The notes under the pieces: generated by a model
Told to the model about the DNA's origin: nothing
What the model saw: the letters and a program-made list of their open reading frames with translations, nothing else
The model's database searches: none
Made by a program: the position numbers and the translations under genes
From: Laetmonice hystrix
Lineage: Eukaryota
Length of the DNA: 64,000 nucleotides
NCBI GenBank assembly: GCA_965235115.1
Contig: OZ249436.1
Coordinates: 47,246,001-47,310,000, forward strand
Direction of reading: 5' to 3'
Part shown: positions 10,101 to 24,600 of the stretch, in pieces
How positions within the stretch are numbered: position 1 is the stretch's first letter
How the letters are laid out: each line of letters begins with the position of its first letter

Positions 10101-13100
10101 CCTCACTGTAGTGTTTGCATGGCTACTATAGGCCAGCTGATAAGTTGTAGGGATTTCTCACTCTACTGGTTGGCCTCCCACACTGCTTGGCTCCATAGTG
10201 TACTCACTGTACTCTTTGGCCTCACTGTAGTGTTCGTTTGGATGCTAGGCCAGCCAGTATACCATGTAGCGATTCCTCCCCGTACTGTTTGGCAAGAGTA
10301 GCCAGTAGTATAGGGACGCCTCATGTTTCAGTTTCCATGCCTTTATTGTCCAGGAGGCAGGCCATCCGTTTCGTCTATCATCTACTCCCATCTAATCTGT
10401 GTCCCCTACATACCATCTGTAAGCGTCCGACAACGTTGTCAGGCCGTCCCAATGACTCTTTGCCGTCAAGGTTTAGTTAACAATGGCAAATGACGTTGAA
10501 CGCCTATTCTATATCAGATATCCCATCCCCAAGTAACAAACAAACAAAGGATGATTACCCAGAGATATTGCCGGCAGAAAACACCAGGGTGCAGCTGACG
10601 GCGCTGACTGCACTGCCGCCTTCCGGCCAGCGGTGGAATCACCACGTACACCTCGCCGGGCTGGCAGGCACCTGTGGCCCTGAGGCGAGAGACAGGTTAA
10701 AGCAACGATAAGCGAAACATTTCTACATTTGTGTACGTCAAATTGAATGTACGGCCCCCAAAATTATTATTCTTAGGCCAGATGTATAATTGTCAAGCGT
10801 ATAGGTCTCGTACGTTCGCTACAGATATATGGTTGTGATGTGTACACTTCCCATTTGAGTATCTTCTCCTGATTTTAACATTAGATGCTCCTCGCCTGTA
10901 CCTTTCATTTTCACTACCTCACTGTAGTGTTTGCATGGCTACTATAGGCCAGCTGGTAAGTTGTAGGGATTTCTCACTCTACTGGTTGGCCTCCCACACT
11001 GCTTGGCTCCATAGTGTACTCACTGTACTCTTTGGCCTCACTGTAGTGTTCGTTTGGGTGCTAAGCCAGCCAGTATACCATGTAGCGATTCCTCCCCGTA
11101 CTGTTTGGCCTCCCTGTACCGTTTGCTTGTATACAAGAGTAGCCAGTAGTATAGGGACGCCTCATGTTTCAGTTTCCATGCCTTTATTGTCCAGGAGGCA
11201 GGCCATCCGTTTCGTCTATCATCTACTCCCATCTAATCTGTGTCCCCTACATACCATCTGTAAGCGTCCGACAACGTTGTCAGATCGTCCCAATGACTGT
11301 TTGCCGTCAAGGTTTAGTTAACAATGGCAAATGACGTTGAACGCCTATTCTATATCAGATATCCCATCCCCACGTAACAAACAAACAAAGGATGATTACC
11401 CAGAGATATTGCCGGCAGAAAACACCAGGGTGCAGCTGACGGCGCTGACTGCACTGCCGCCTTCCGGCCAGCGGTGGAATCACCACGTACACCTGGCCGG
11501 GCTGGCAGGCACCTGTGGCCCTGAAGCGAGAGACAGGTTAAAGCAATGATAAGCAAAAAATGACTACATTTTTGATACGTCAAATTGAAAGTACGGCCCC
11601 CAAAATTATTATTCTTAGGCCAGATGTATAATTGTCAAGCGTATAGGTCTCGTACGTTCGCTACAGATATATGGTTGTGATGTGTACACTTCCCATTTGA
11701 GTATCTTCTCCTGATTTTAACATTAGATCCTCCTCGCCTGTACCTTTCATTTTCACTACCTCACTGTAGTGTTTGCATGGCTACTATAGGCCAGCTGATA
11801 AGTTGTAGGGATTTCTCACTCTACTGGTTGGCCTCCCACACTGCTTGGCTCCATAGTGTACTCACTGTACTCTTTGGCCTCACTGTAGTGTTCGTTTGGA
11901 TGCTAGGCCAGCCAGTATACCATGTAGCGATTCCTCCCCGTACTGTTTGGCAAGAGTAGCCAGTAGTATAGGGACGCCTCATGTTTCAGTTTCCATGCCT
12001 TTATTGTCCAGGAGGCAGGCCATCCGTTTCGTCTATCATCTACTCCCATCTAATCTGTGTCCCCTACATACCATCTGTAAGCGTCCGACAACGTTGTCAG
12101 GCCGTCCCAATGACTCTTTGCCGTCAAGGTTTAGTTAACAATGGCAAATGACGTTGAACGCCTATTCTATATCAGATATCCCATCCCCACGTAACAAACA
12201 AACAAAGGATGATTACCCAGAGATATTGCCGGCAGAAAACACCAGGGTGCAGCTGACGGCGCTGACTGCACTGCCGCCTTCCGGCCAGCGGTGGAATCAC
12301 CACGTACACCTCGCCGGGCTGGCAGGCACCTGTGGCCCTGAGGCGAGAGACAGGTTAAAGCAACGATAAGCGAAACATTTCTACATTTTTGTACGTCAAA
12401 TTGAATGTACGGCCCCCAAAATTATTATTCTTAGGCCAGATGTATAATTGTCAAGCGTATAGGTCTCGTACGTTCGCTACAGATATATGGTTGTGATGTG
12501 TACACTTCCCATTTGAGTATCTTCTCCTGATTTTAACATTAGATCCTCCTCGCCTGTACCTTTCATTTTCACTACCTCACTGTAGTGTTTGCATGGCTAC
12601 TATAGGCCAGCTGATAAGTTGTAGGGATTTCTCACTCTACTGGTTGGCCTCCCACACTGCTTGGCTCCATAGTGTACTCACTGTACTCTTTGGCCTCACT
12701 GTAGTGTTCGTTTGGATGCTAGGCCAGCCAGTATACCATGTAGCGATTCCTCCCCGTACTGTTTGGCAAGAGTAGCCAGTAGTATAGGGACGCCTCATGT
12801 TTCAGTTTCCATGCCTTTATTGTCCAGGAGGCAGGCCATCCGTTTCGTCTATCATCTACTCCCATCTAATCTGTGTCCCCTACATACCATCTGTAAGCGT
12901 CCGACAACGTTGTCAGGCCGTCCCAATGACTCTTTGCCGTCAAGGTTTAGTTAACAATGGCAAATGACGTTGAACGCCTATTCTATATCAGATATCCCAT
13001 CCCCAAGTAACAAACAAACAAAGGATGATTACCCAGAGATATTGCCGGCAGAAAACACCAGGGTGCAGCTGACGGCGCTGACTGCACTGCCGCCTTCCGG

Positions 13101-14904
13101 CCAGCGGTGGAATCACCACGTACACCTCGCCGGGCTGGCAGGCACCTGTGGCCCTGAGGCGAGAGACAGGTTAAAGCAACGATAAGCGAAACATTTCTAC
13201 ATTTTTGTACGTCAAATTGAATGTACGGCCCCCAAAATTATTATTCTTAGGCCAGATGTATAATTGTCAAGCGTATAGGTCTCGTACGTTCGCTACAGAT
13301 ATATGGTTGTGATGTGTACACTTCCCATTTGAGTATCTTCTCCTGATTTTAACATTAGATCCTCCTCGCCTGTACCTTTCATTTTCACTTCCTCACTGTA
13401 GTGTTTGCATGGCTACTATAGGCCAGCTGGTAAGTTGTAGGGACTTCTCACTCTACTGGTTGGCCTCCCACACTGCTTGGCTCCATAGTGTACTCACTGT
13501 ACTCTTTGGCCTCACTGTAGTGTTCGTTTGGGTGCTAAGCCAGCCAGTATACCATGTAGCGATTCCTCCCCGTACTGTTTGGCCTCCCTGTACCGTTTGC
13601 TTGTATACAAGAGTAGCCAGTAGTATAGGGACGCCTCATGTTTCAGTTTCCATGCCTTTATTGTCCAGGAGGCAGGCCATCCGTTTCGTCTATCATCTAC
13701 TCCCATCTAATCTGTGTCCCCTACATACCATCTGTAAGCGTCCGACAACGTTGTCAGGTCGTCCCAATGACTGTTTGCCGTCAAGGTTTAGTTAACAATG
13801 GCAAATGACGTTGAACGCCTATTCTATATCAGATATCCTATCCCCAAGTAACAAACAAACAAAGGATGATTACCCAGAGATATTGCCGGCAGAAAACACC
13901 AGGGTGCAGCTGACGGCGCTGACTGCACTGCCGCCTTCCGGCCAGCGGTGGAATCACCACGTACACCTGGCCGGGCTGGCAGGCACCTGTGGCCCTGAAG
14001 CGAGAGACAGGTTAAAGCAATGATAAGCAAAAAATGGCTACATTTTTGATACGTCAAATTGAAAGTACGGCCCCCAAAATTATTATTCTTAGGCCAGATG
14101 TATAATTGTCAAGCGTATAGGTCTCGTACGTTCGCTACAGATATATGGTTGTGATGTGTACACTTCCCATTTGAGTATCTTCTCCTGATTTTAACATTAG
14201 ATGCTCCTGGCCTGTACCTTTCATTTTCACTACCTCACTGTAGTGTTTGCATGGCTACTATAGGCCAGCTGGTAAGTTGTAGGGACTTCTCACTCTACTG
14301 GTTGGCCTCCCACACTGCTTGGCCCCATAGTGTACTGTTTGGCCTCACTGTACTGTTTGGCCTCACTGTAGTGTTCGTTTGGGTGCTAGGCCAGCCAGTA
14401 TACCTTGTAGCGATTCCTCCCCGTACTGTTTGGCAAGAGTAGCCAGTAGTATAGGGACGCCTCATGTTTCAGTTTCCATGCCTTTATTGTCTAGGAGGCA
14501 GGCCATCCGTTTCGTCTATCATCTACTCCCATCTAATCTGTGTCCCCTACATACCATCTGTAAGCGTCCGACAACGTTGTCAGGCCGTCCCAATGACTGT
14601 TTGCCGTCAAGGTTTAGTTAACAATGGCAAATGACGTTGAACGCCTATTCTATATCAGATATCCCATCCCCAAGTAACAAACAAACAAAGGATGATTACC
14701 CAGAGATATTGCCGGCAGAAAACACCAGGGTGCAGCTGACGGCGCTGACTGCACTGCCGCCTTCCGGCCAGCGGTGGAATCACCACGTACACCTCGCCGG
14801 GCTGGCAGGCACCTGTGGCCCTGAGGCGAGAGACAGGTTAAAGCAACGATAAGCGAAACATTTCTACATTTGTGTACGTCAAATTGAATGTACGGCCCCC
14901 AAAA
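4149..14904. repeat. 5-monomer HOR (B-A-A-B-C, 4141 bp): full copy 4149-8289, truncated 3-monomer copy 8290-10763, full copy 10764-14904
   Basis: ORF-track offsets are 4141 (4320->8461), 2474 (8461->10935) and 6615 (6794->13409). The marker atatcctat recurs in the matching units. Confidence 0.9.
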
Positions 14905-17900
14905 TTATTATTCTTAGGCCAGATGTATAATTGTCAAGCGTATAGGTCTCGTACGTTCGCTACAGATATATGGTTGTGATGTGTACACTTCCCATTTGAG
15001 TATCTTCTCCTGATTTTAACATTAGATGCTCCTCGCCTGTACCTTTCATTTTCACTACCTCACTGTAGTGTTTGCATGGCTACTATAGGCCAGCTGGTAA
15101 GTTGTAGGGATTTCTCACTCTACTGGTTGGCCTCCCACACTGCTTGGCTCCATAGTGTACTCACTGTACTCTTTGGCCTCACTGTAGTGTTCGTTTGGGT
15201 GCTAAGCCAGCCAGTATACCATGTAGCGATTCCTCCCCGTACTGTTTGGCCTCCCTGTACCGTTTGCTTGTATACAAGAGTAGCCAGTAGTATAGGGACG
15301 CCTCATGTTTCAGTTTCCATGCCTTTATTGTCCAGGAGGCAGGCCATCCGTTTCGTCTATCATCTACTCCCATCTAATCTGTGTCCCCTACATACCATCT
15401 GTAAGCGTCCGACAACGTTGTCAGATCGTCCCAATGACTGTTTGCCGTCAAGGTTTAGTTAACAATGGCAAATGACGTTGAACGCCTATTCTATATCAGA
15501 TATCCCATCCCCACGTAACAAACAAACAAAGGATGATTACCCAGAGATATTGCCGGCAGAAAACACCAGGGTGCAGCTGACGGCGCTGACTGCACTGCCG
15601 CCTTCCGGCCAGCGGTGGAATCACCACGTACACCTCGCCGGGCTGGCAGGCACCTGTGGCCCTGAGGCGAGAGACAGGTTAAAGCAACGATAAGCGAAAC
15701 ATTTCTACATTTGTGTACGTCAAATTGAATGTACGGCCCCCAAAATTATTATTCTTAGGCCAGATGTATAATTGTCAAGCGTATAGGTCTCGTACGTTCG
15801 CTACAGATATATGGTTGTGATGTGTACACTTCCCATTTGAGTATCTTCTCCTGATTTTAACATTAGATGCTCCTCGCCTGTACCTTTCATTTTCACTACC
15901 TCACTGTAGTGTTTGCATGGCTACTATAGGCCAGCTGGTAAGTTGTAGGGATTTCTCACTCTACTGGTTGGCCTCCCACACTGCTTGGCTCCATAGTGTA
16001 CTCACTGTACTCTTTGGCCTCACTGTAGTGTTCGTTTGGGTGCTAAGCCAGCCAGTATACCATGTAGCGATTCCTCCCCGTACTGTTTGGCCTCCCTGTA
16101 CCGTTTGCTTGTATACAAGAGTAGCCAGTAGTATAGGGACGCCTCATGTTTCAGTTTCCATGCCTTTATTGTCCAGGAGGCAGGCCATCCGTTTCGTCTA
16201 TCATCTACTCCCATCTAATCTGTGTCCCCTACATACCATCTGTAAGCGTCCGACAACGTTGTCAGGTCGTCCCAATGACTGTTTGCCGTCAAGGTTTAGT
16301 TAACAATATCAAATGACGTTGAACGCCTATTCTATATCAGATATCCCATCCCCAAGTAACAAACAAACAAAGGATGATTACCCAGAGATATTGCCGGCAG
16401 AAAACACCAGGGTGCAGCTGACGGCGCTGACTGCACTGCCGCCTTCCGGCCAGCGGTGGAATCACCACGTACACCTCGCCGGGCTGGCAGGCACCTGTGG
16501 CCCTGAAGCGAGAGACAGGTTAAAGCAACGATAAGCGAAACATTTCTACATTTTTGTACGTCAAATTGAATGTACGGCCCCCAAAATTATTATTCTTAGG
16601 CCAGATGTATAATTGTCAAGCGTATAGGTCTCGTACGTTCGCTACAGATATATGGTTGTGATGTGTACACTTCCCATTTGAGTATCTTCTCCTGATTTTA
16701 ACATTAGATCCTCCGCGCCTGTACCTTTCATTTTCACTACCTCACTGTAGTGTTTGCATGGCTACTATAGGCCAGCTGGTAAGTTGTAGGGACTTCTCAC
16801 TCGACTGGTTGGCCTCCCACACTGCTTGGCTCCATAGTGTACTCACTGTACTCTTTGGCCTCACTGTAGTGTTCGTTTGGGTGCTAAGCCAGCCAGTATA
16901 CCATGTAGCGATTCCTCCCCGTACTGTTTGGCCTCCCTGTACCGTTTGCTTGTATACAAGAGTAGCCAGTAGTATAGGGACGCCTCATGTTTCAGTTTCC
17001 ATGCCTTTATTGTCCAGGAGGCAGGCCATCCGTTTCGTCTATCATCTACTCCCATCTAATCTGTGTCCCCTACATACCATCTGTAAGCGTCCGACAACGT
17101 TGTCAGATCGTCCCAATGACTGTTTGCCGTCAAGGTTTAGTTAACAATGGCAAATGACGTTGAACGCCTATTCTATATCAGATATCCCATCCCCAAGTAA
17201 CAAACAAACAAAGGATGATTACCCAGAGATATTGCCGGCAGAAAACACCAGGGTGCAGCTGACGGCGCTGACTGCACTGCCGCCTTCCGGCCAGCGGTGG
17301 AATCACCACGTACACCTCGCCGGGCTGGCAGGCACCTGTGGCCCTGAAGCGAGAGACAGGTTAAAGCAATGATAAGCAAAAAAAGACTACATTTTTGATA
17401 CGTCAAATTGAAAGTACGGCCCCCAAAATTATTATTCTTAGGCCAGATGTATAATTGTCAAGCGTATAGGTCTCGTACGTTCGCTACAGATATATGGTTG
17501 TGATGTGTACACTTCCCATTTGAGTATCTTCTCCTGAATTTAACATTAGATCCTCCTCGCCTGTACCCTTCATTTTCACTACCTCACTGTAGTGTTTGCA
17601 TGGCTACTATAGGCCAGCTGGTAAGTTGTAGGGACTTCTCACTCTACTGGTTGGCCTCCCACACTGCTTGGCTCCATAGTGTACTCACTGTACTCTTTGG
17701 CCTCACCGTAGTGTTCGTTTGGGTGCTAAGCCAACCAGTATACCTTGTAGCAATTCCTCCCCGTACTGTTTGGCCTCCCTGTACCGTTTGCTTGTATACA
17801 AGAGTAGCCAGTAGTATAGGGACGCCTCATGTTTCAGTTTCCATGCCTTTATTGTCCAGGAGGCAGGCCATCCATTTCGTCTATCATCTACTCCCATCTA

Positions 17901-20900
17901 ATCTGTGTCCCCTACATACCATCTGTAAGCGTCCGACAACGTTGTCAGGTCGTCCCAATGACTGTTTGCCGTCAAGGTTTAGTTAACAATGGCAAATGAC
18001 GTTGAACGCCTATTCTATATCAGATATCCCATCCCCAAGTAACAAACAAACAAAAGATGATTACCCAGAGATATTGCCGGCAGAAAACACCAGGGTGCAG
18101 CTGACGGCGCTGACTGCACTGCCGCCTTCCGGCCAGCGGTGGAATCACCACGTACACCTGGCCGGGCTGGCAGGCACCTGTGGCCCTGAAGCGAGAGACA
18201 GGTTAAAGCAATGATTAGCAAAAAATGACTACATTTTTGATACGTCAAATTGAAAGTACGGCCCCCAAAATTATTATTCTTAGGCCAGATGTATAATTGT
18301 CAAGCGTATAGGTCTCGTACGTTCGCTACAGATATATGGTTGTGATGTGTACACTTCCCATTTGAGTATCTTCTCCTGATTTTAACATTAGATCCTCCTC
18401 GCCTGTACCTTTCATTTTCACTACCTCACTGTAGTGTTTGCATGGCTACTATAGGCCAGCTGATAAGTTGTAGGGATTTCTCACTCTACTGGTTGGCCTC
18501 CCACACTGCTTGGCTCCATAGTGTACTCACTGTACTCTTTGGCCTCACTGTAGTGTTCGTTTGGATGCTAGGCCAGCCAGTATACCATGTAGCGATTCCT
18601 CCCCGTACTGTTTGGCAAGAGTAGCCAGTAGTATAGGGACGCCTCATGTTTCAGTTTCCATGCCTTTATTGTCCAGGAGGCAGGCCATCCGTTTCGTCTA
18701 TCATCTACTCCCATCTAATCTGTGTCCCCTACATACCATCTGTAAGCGTCCGACAACGTTGTCAGGCCGTCCCAATGACTCTTTGCCGTCAAGGTTTAGT
18801 TAACAATGGCAAATGACGTTGAACGCCTATTCTATATCAGATATCCCATCCCCAAGTAACAAACAAACAAAGGATGATTACCCAGAGATATTGCCGGCAG
18901 AAAACACCAGGGTGCAGCTGACGGCGCTGACTGCACTGCCGCCTTCCGGCCAGCGGTGGAATCACCACGTACACCTCGCCGGGCTGGCAGGCACCTGTGG
19001 CCCTGAGGCGAGAGACAGGTTAAAGCAACGATAAGCGAAACATTTCTACATTTTTGTACGTCAAATTGAATGTACGGCCCCCAAAATTATTATTCTTAGG
19101 CCAGATGTATAATTGTCAAGCGTATAGGTCTCGTACGTTCGCTACAGATATATGGTTGTGATGTGTACACTTCCCATTTGAGTATCTTCTCCTGATTTTA
19201 ACATTAGATCCTCCTCGCCTGTACCTTTCATTTTCACTTCCTCACTGTAGTGTTTGCATGGCTACTATAGGCCAGCTGGTAAGTTGTAGGGACTTCTCAC
19301 TCTACTGGTTGGCCTCCCACACTGCTTGGCTCCATAGTGTACTCACTGTACTCTTTGGCCTCACTGTAGTGTTCGTTTGGGTGCTAAGCCAGCCAGTATA
19401 CCATGTAGCGATTAATCCCCGTACTGTTTGGCCTCCCTGTACCGTTTGCTTGTATACAAGAGTAGCCAGTAGTATAGGGACGCCTCATGTTTCAGTTTCC
19501 ATGCCTTTATTGTCCAGGAGGCAGGCCATCCGTTTCGTCTATCATCTACTCCCATCTAATCTGTGTCCCCTACATACCATCTGTAAGCGTCCGACAACGT
19601 TGTCAGATCGTCCCAATGACTGTTTGCCGTCAAGGTTTAGTTAACAATGGCAAATGACGTTGAACGCCTATTCTATATCAGATATCCCATCCCCAAGTAA
19701 CAAACAAACAAAGGATGATTACCCAGAGATATTGCCGGCAGAAAACACCAGGGTGCAGCTGACGGCGCTGACTGCACTGCCGCCTTCCGGCCAGCGGTGG
19801 AATCACCACGTACACCTCGCCGGGCTGGCAGGCACCTGTGGCCCTGAGGCGAGAGACAGGTTAAAGCAACGATAAGCGAAACATTTCTACATTTGTGTAC
19901 GTCAAATTGAATGTACGGCCCCCAAAATTATTATTCTTAGGCCAGATGTATAATTGTCAAGCGTATAGGTCTCGTACGTTCGCTACAGATATATGGTTGT
20001 GATGTGTACACTTCCCATTTGAGTATCTTCTCCTGATTTTAACATTAGATCCTCCTCGCCTGTACCTTTCATTTTCACTACCTCACTGTAGTGTTTGCAT
20101 GGCTACTATAGGCCAGCTGGTAAGTTGTAGGGATTTCTCACTCTACTGGTTGGCCTCCCACACTGCTTGGCTCCATAGTGTACTCACTGTACTCTTTGGC
20201 CTCACTGTAGTGTTCGTTTGGGTGCTAAGCCAGCCAGTATACCATGTAGCGATTCCTCCCCGTACTGTTTGGCCTCCCTGTACCGTTTGCTTGTATACAA
20301 GAGTAGCCAGTAGTATAGGGACGCCTCATGTTTCAGTTTCCATGCCTTTATTGTCCAGGAGGCAGGCCATCCGTTTCGTCTATCATCTACTCCCATCTAA
20401 TCTGTGTCCCCTACATACCATCTGTAAGCGTCCGACAACGTTGTCAGGCCGTCCCAATGACTGTTTGCCGTCAAGGTTTAGTTAACAATGGCAAATGACG
20501 TTGAACGCCTATTCTATATCAGATATCCCATCCCCAAGTAACAAACAAACAAAGGATGATTACCCAGAGATATTGCCGGCAGAAAACACCAGGGTGCAGC
20601 TGACGGCGCTGACTGCACTGCCGCCTTCCGGCCAGCGGTGGAATCACCACGTAAACCTCGCCGGGCTGGCAGGCACCTGTGGCCCTGAGGCGAGAGACAG
20701 GTTAAAGCAACGATAAGCGAAACATTTCTACATTTTTGTAAGTCAAATTGAATGTACGGCCCCCAAAATTATTATTCTTAGGCCAGATGTATAATTGTCA
20801 AGCGTATAGGTCTCGTACGTTCGCTACAGATATATGGTTGTGATGTGTACACTTCCCATTTGAGTATCTTCTCCTGATTTTAACATTAGATGCTCCTCGC

Positions 20901-21610
20901 CTGTACCTTTCATTTTCACTACCTCACTGTAGTGTTTGCATGGCTACTATAGGCCAGCTGGTAAGTTGTAGGGACTTCTCACTCGACTGGTTGGCCTCCC
21001 ACACTGCTTGGCTCCATAGTGTACTCACTGTACTCTTTGGCCTCACTGTAGTGTTCGTTTGGGTGCTAAGCCAGCCAGTATACCATGTAGCGATTCCTCC
21101 CCGTACTGTTTGGCCTCCCTGTACCGTTTGCTTGTATACAAGAGTAGCCAGTAGTATAGGGACGCCTCATGTTTCAGTTTCCATGCCTTTATTGTCCAGG
21201 AGGCAGGCCATCCGTTTCGTCTATCATCTACTCCCATCTAATCTGTGTCCCCTACATACCATCTGTAAGCGTCCGACAACGTTGTCAGGTCGTCCCAATG
21301 ACTGTTTGCCGTCAAGGTTTAGTTAACAATGGCAAATGACGTTGAACGCCTATTCTATATCAGATATCCTATCCCCAAGTAACAAACAAACAAAGGATGA
21401 TTACCCAGAGATATTGCCGGCAGAAAACACCAGGGTGCAGCTGACGGCGCTGACTGCACTGCCGCCTTCCGGCCAGCGGTGGAATCACCACGTACACCTG
21501 GCCGGGCTGGCAGGCACCTGTGGCCCTGAAGCGAGAGACAGGTTAAAGCAATGATAAGCAAAAAATGGCTACATTTTTGATACGTCAAATTGAAAGTACG
21601 GCCCCCAAAA

Positions 21611-24600
21611 TTATTATTCTTAGGCCAGATGTATAATTGTCAAGCGTATAGGTCTCGTACGTTCGCTACAGATATATGGTTGTGATGTGTACACTTCCCA
21701 TTTGAGTATCTTCTCCTGATTTTAACATTAGATGCTCCTCGCCTGTACCTTTCATTTTCACTACCTCACTGTAGTGTTTGCATGGCTACTATAGGCCAGC
21801 TGGTAAGTTGTAGGGACTTCTCACTCTACTGGTTGGCCTCCCACACTGCTTGGCCCCATAGTGTACTGTTTGGCCTCACTGTACTGTTTGGCCTCACTGT
21901 AGTGTTCGTTTGGGTGCTAGGCCAGCCAGTATACCTTGCAGCGATTCCTCCCCGTACTGTTTGGCAAGAGTAGCCAGTAGTATAGGGACGCCTCATGTTT
22001 CAGTTTCCATGCCTTTATTGTCCAGGAGGCAGGCCATCCGTTTCGTCTATCATCTACTCCCATCTAATCTGTGTCCCCTACATACCATCTGTAAGCGTCC
22101 GACAACGTTGTCAGGCCGTCCCAATGACTGTTTGCCGTCAAGGTTTAGTTAACAATGGCAAATGACGTTGAACGCCTATTCTATATCAGATATCCCATCC
22201 CCAAGTAACAAACAAACAAAGGATGATTACCCAGAGATATTGCCGGCAGAAAACACCAGGGTGCAGCTGACGGCGCTGACTGCACTGCCGCCTTCCGGCC
22301 AGCGGTGGAATCACCACGTACACCTCGCCGGGCTGGCAGGCACCTGTGGCCCTGAGGCGAGAGACAGGTTAAAGCAACGATAAGCGAAACATTTCTACAT
22401 TTTTGTACGTCAAATTGAATGTACGGCCCCCAAAATTATTATTCTTAGGCCAGATGTATAATTGTCAAGCGTATAGGTCTCGTACGTTCGCTACAGATAT
22501 ATGGTTGTGATGTGTACACTTCCCATTTGAGTATCTTCTCCTGATTTTAACATTAGATCCTCCTCGCCTGTACCTTTCATTTTCACTACCTCACTGTAGT
22601 GTTTGCATGGCTACTATAGGCCAGCTGGTAAGTTGTAGGGACTTCTCACTCTACTGGTTGGCCTCCCACACTGCTTGGCTCCATAGTGTACTCACTGTAC
22701 TCTTTGGCCTCACTGTAGTGTTCGTTTGGGTGCTAAGCCAGCCAGTGTACCTTGTAGCGATTCCTCCCCGTACTGTTTGGCCTCCCTGTACCGTTTGCTT
22801 GTATACAAGAGTAGCCAGTAGTATAGGGACGCCTCATGTTTCAGTTTCCATGCCTTTATTGTCCAGGAGGCAGGCCATCCATTTCGTCTATCATCTACTC
22901 CCATCTAATCTGTGTCCCCTACATACCATCTGTAAGCGTCCGACAACGTTGTCAGGTCGTCCCAATGACTGTTTGCCGTCAAGGTTTAGTTAACAATGGC
23001 AAATGACGTTGAACGCCTATTCTATATCAGATATCCCATCCCCAAGTAACAAACAAACAAAAGATGATTACCCAGAGATATTGCCGGCAGAAAACACCAG
23101 GGTGCAGCTGACGGCGCTGACTGCACTGCCGCCTTCCGGCCAGCGGTGGAATCACCACGTACACCTGGCCGGGCTGGCAGGCACCTGTGGCCCTGAAGCG
23201 AGAGACAGGTTAAAGCAATGATAAGCAAAAAATGGCTACATTTTTGATACGTCAAATTGAAAGTACGGCCCCCAAAATTATTATTCTTAGGCCAGATGTA
23301 TAATTGTCAAGCGTATAGGTCTCGTACGTTCGCTACAGATATATGGTTGTGATGTGTACACTTCCCATTTGAGTATCTTCTCCTGATTTTAACATTAGAT
23401 GCTCCTCGCCTGTACCTTTCATTTTCACTACCTCACTGTAGTGTTTGCATGGCTACTATAGGCCAGCTGGTAAGTTGTAGGGACTTCTCACTCTACTGGT
23501 TGGCCTCCCACACTGCTTGGCCCCATAGTGTACTGTTTGGCCTCACTGTACTGTTTGGCCTCACTGTAGTGTTCGTTTGGGTGCTAGGCCAGCCAGTATA
23601 CCTTGTAGCGATTCCTCCCCGTACTGTTTGGCAAGAGTAGCCAGTAGTATAGGGACGCCTCATGTTTCAGTTTCCATGCCTTTATTGTCTAGGAGGCAGG
23701 CCATCCGTTTCGTCTATCATCTACTCCCATCTAATCTGTGTCCCCTACATACCATCTGTAAGCGTCCGACAACGTTGTCAGGCCGTCCCAATGACTGTTT
23801 GCCGTCAAGGTTTAGTTAACAATGGCAAATGACGTTGAACGCCTATTCTATATCAGATATCCCATCCCCAAGTAACAAACAAACAAAGGATGATTACCCA
23901 GAGATATTGCCGGCAGAAAACACCAGGGTGCAGCTGACGGCGCTGACTGCACTGCCGCCTTCCGGCCAGCGGTGGAATCACCACGTACACCTCGCCGGGC
24001 TGGCAGGCACCTGTGGCCCTGAGGCGAGAGACAGGTTAAAGCAACGATAAGCGAAACATTTCTACATTTTTGTACGTCAAATTGAATGTACGGCCCCCAA
24101 AATTATTATTCTTAGGCCAGATGTATAATTGTCAAGCGTATAGGTCTCGTACGTTCGCTACAGATATATGGTTGTGATGTGTACACTTCCCATTTGAGTA
24201 TCTTCTCCTGATTTTAACATTAGATCCTCCTCGCCTGTACCTTTCATTTTCACTACCTCACTGTAGTGTTTGCATGGCTACTATAGGCCAGCTGGTAAGT
24301 TGTAGGGATTTCTCACTCTACTGGTTGGCCTCCCACACTGCTTGGCTCCATAGTGTACTCACTGTACTCTTTGGCCTCACTGTAGTGTTCGTTTGGGTGC
24401 TAAGCCAGCCAGTATACCATGTAGCGATTCCTCCCCGTACTGTTTGGCCTCCCTGTACCGTTTGCTTATATACAAGAGTAGCCAGTAGTATAGGGACGCC
24501 TCATGTTTCAGTTTCCATGCCTTTATTGTCCAGGAGGCAGGCCATCCGTTTCGTCTATCATCTACTCCCATCTAATCTGTGTCCCCTACATACCATCTGT

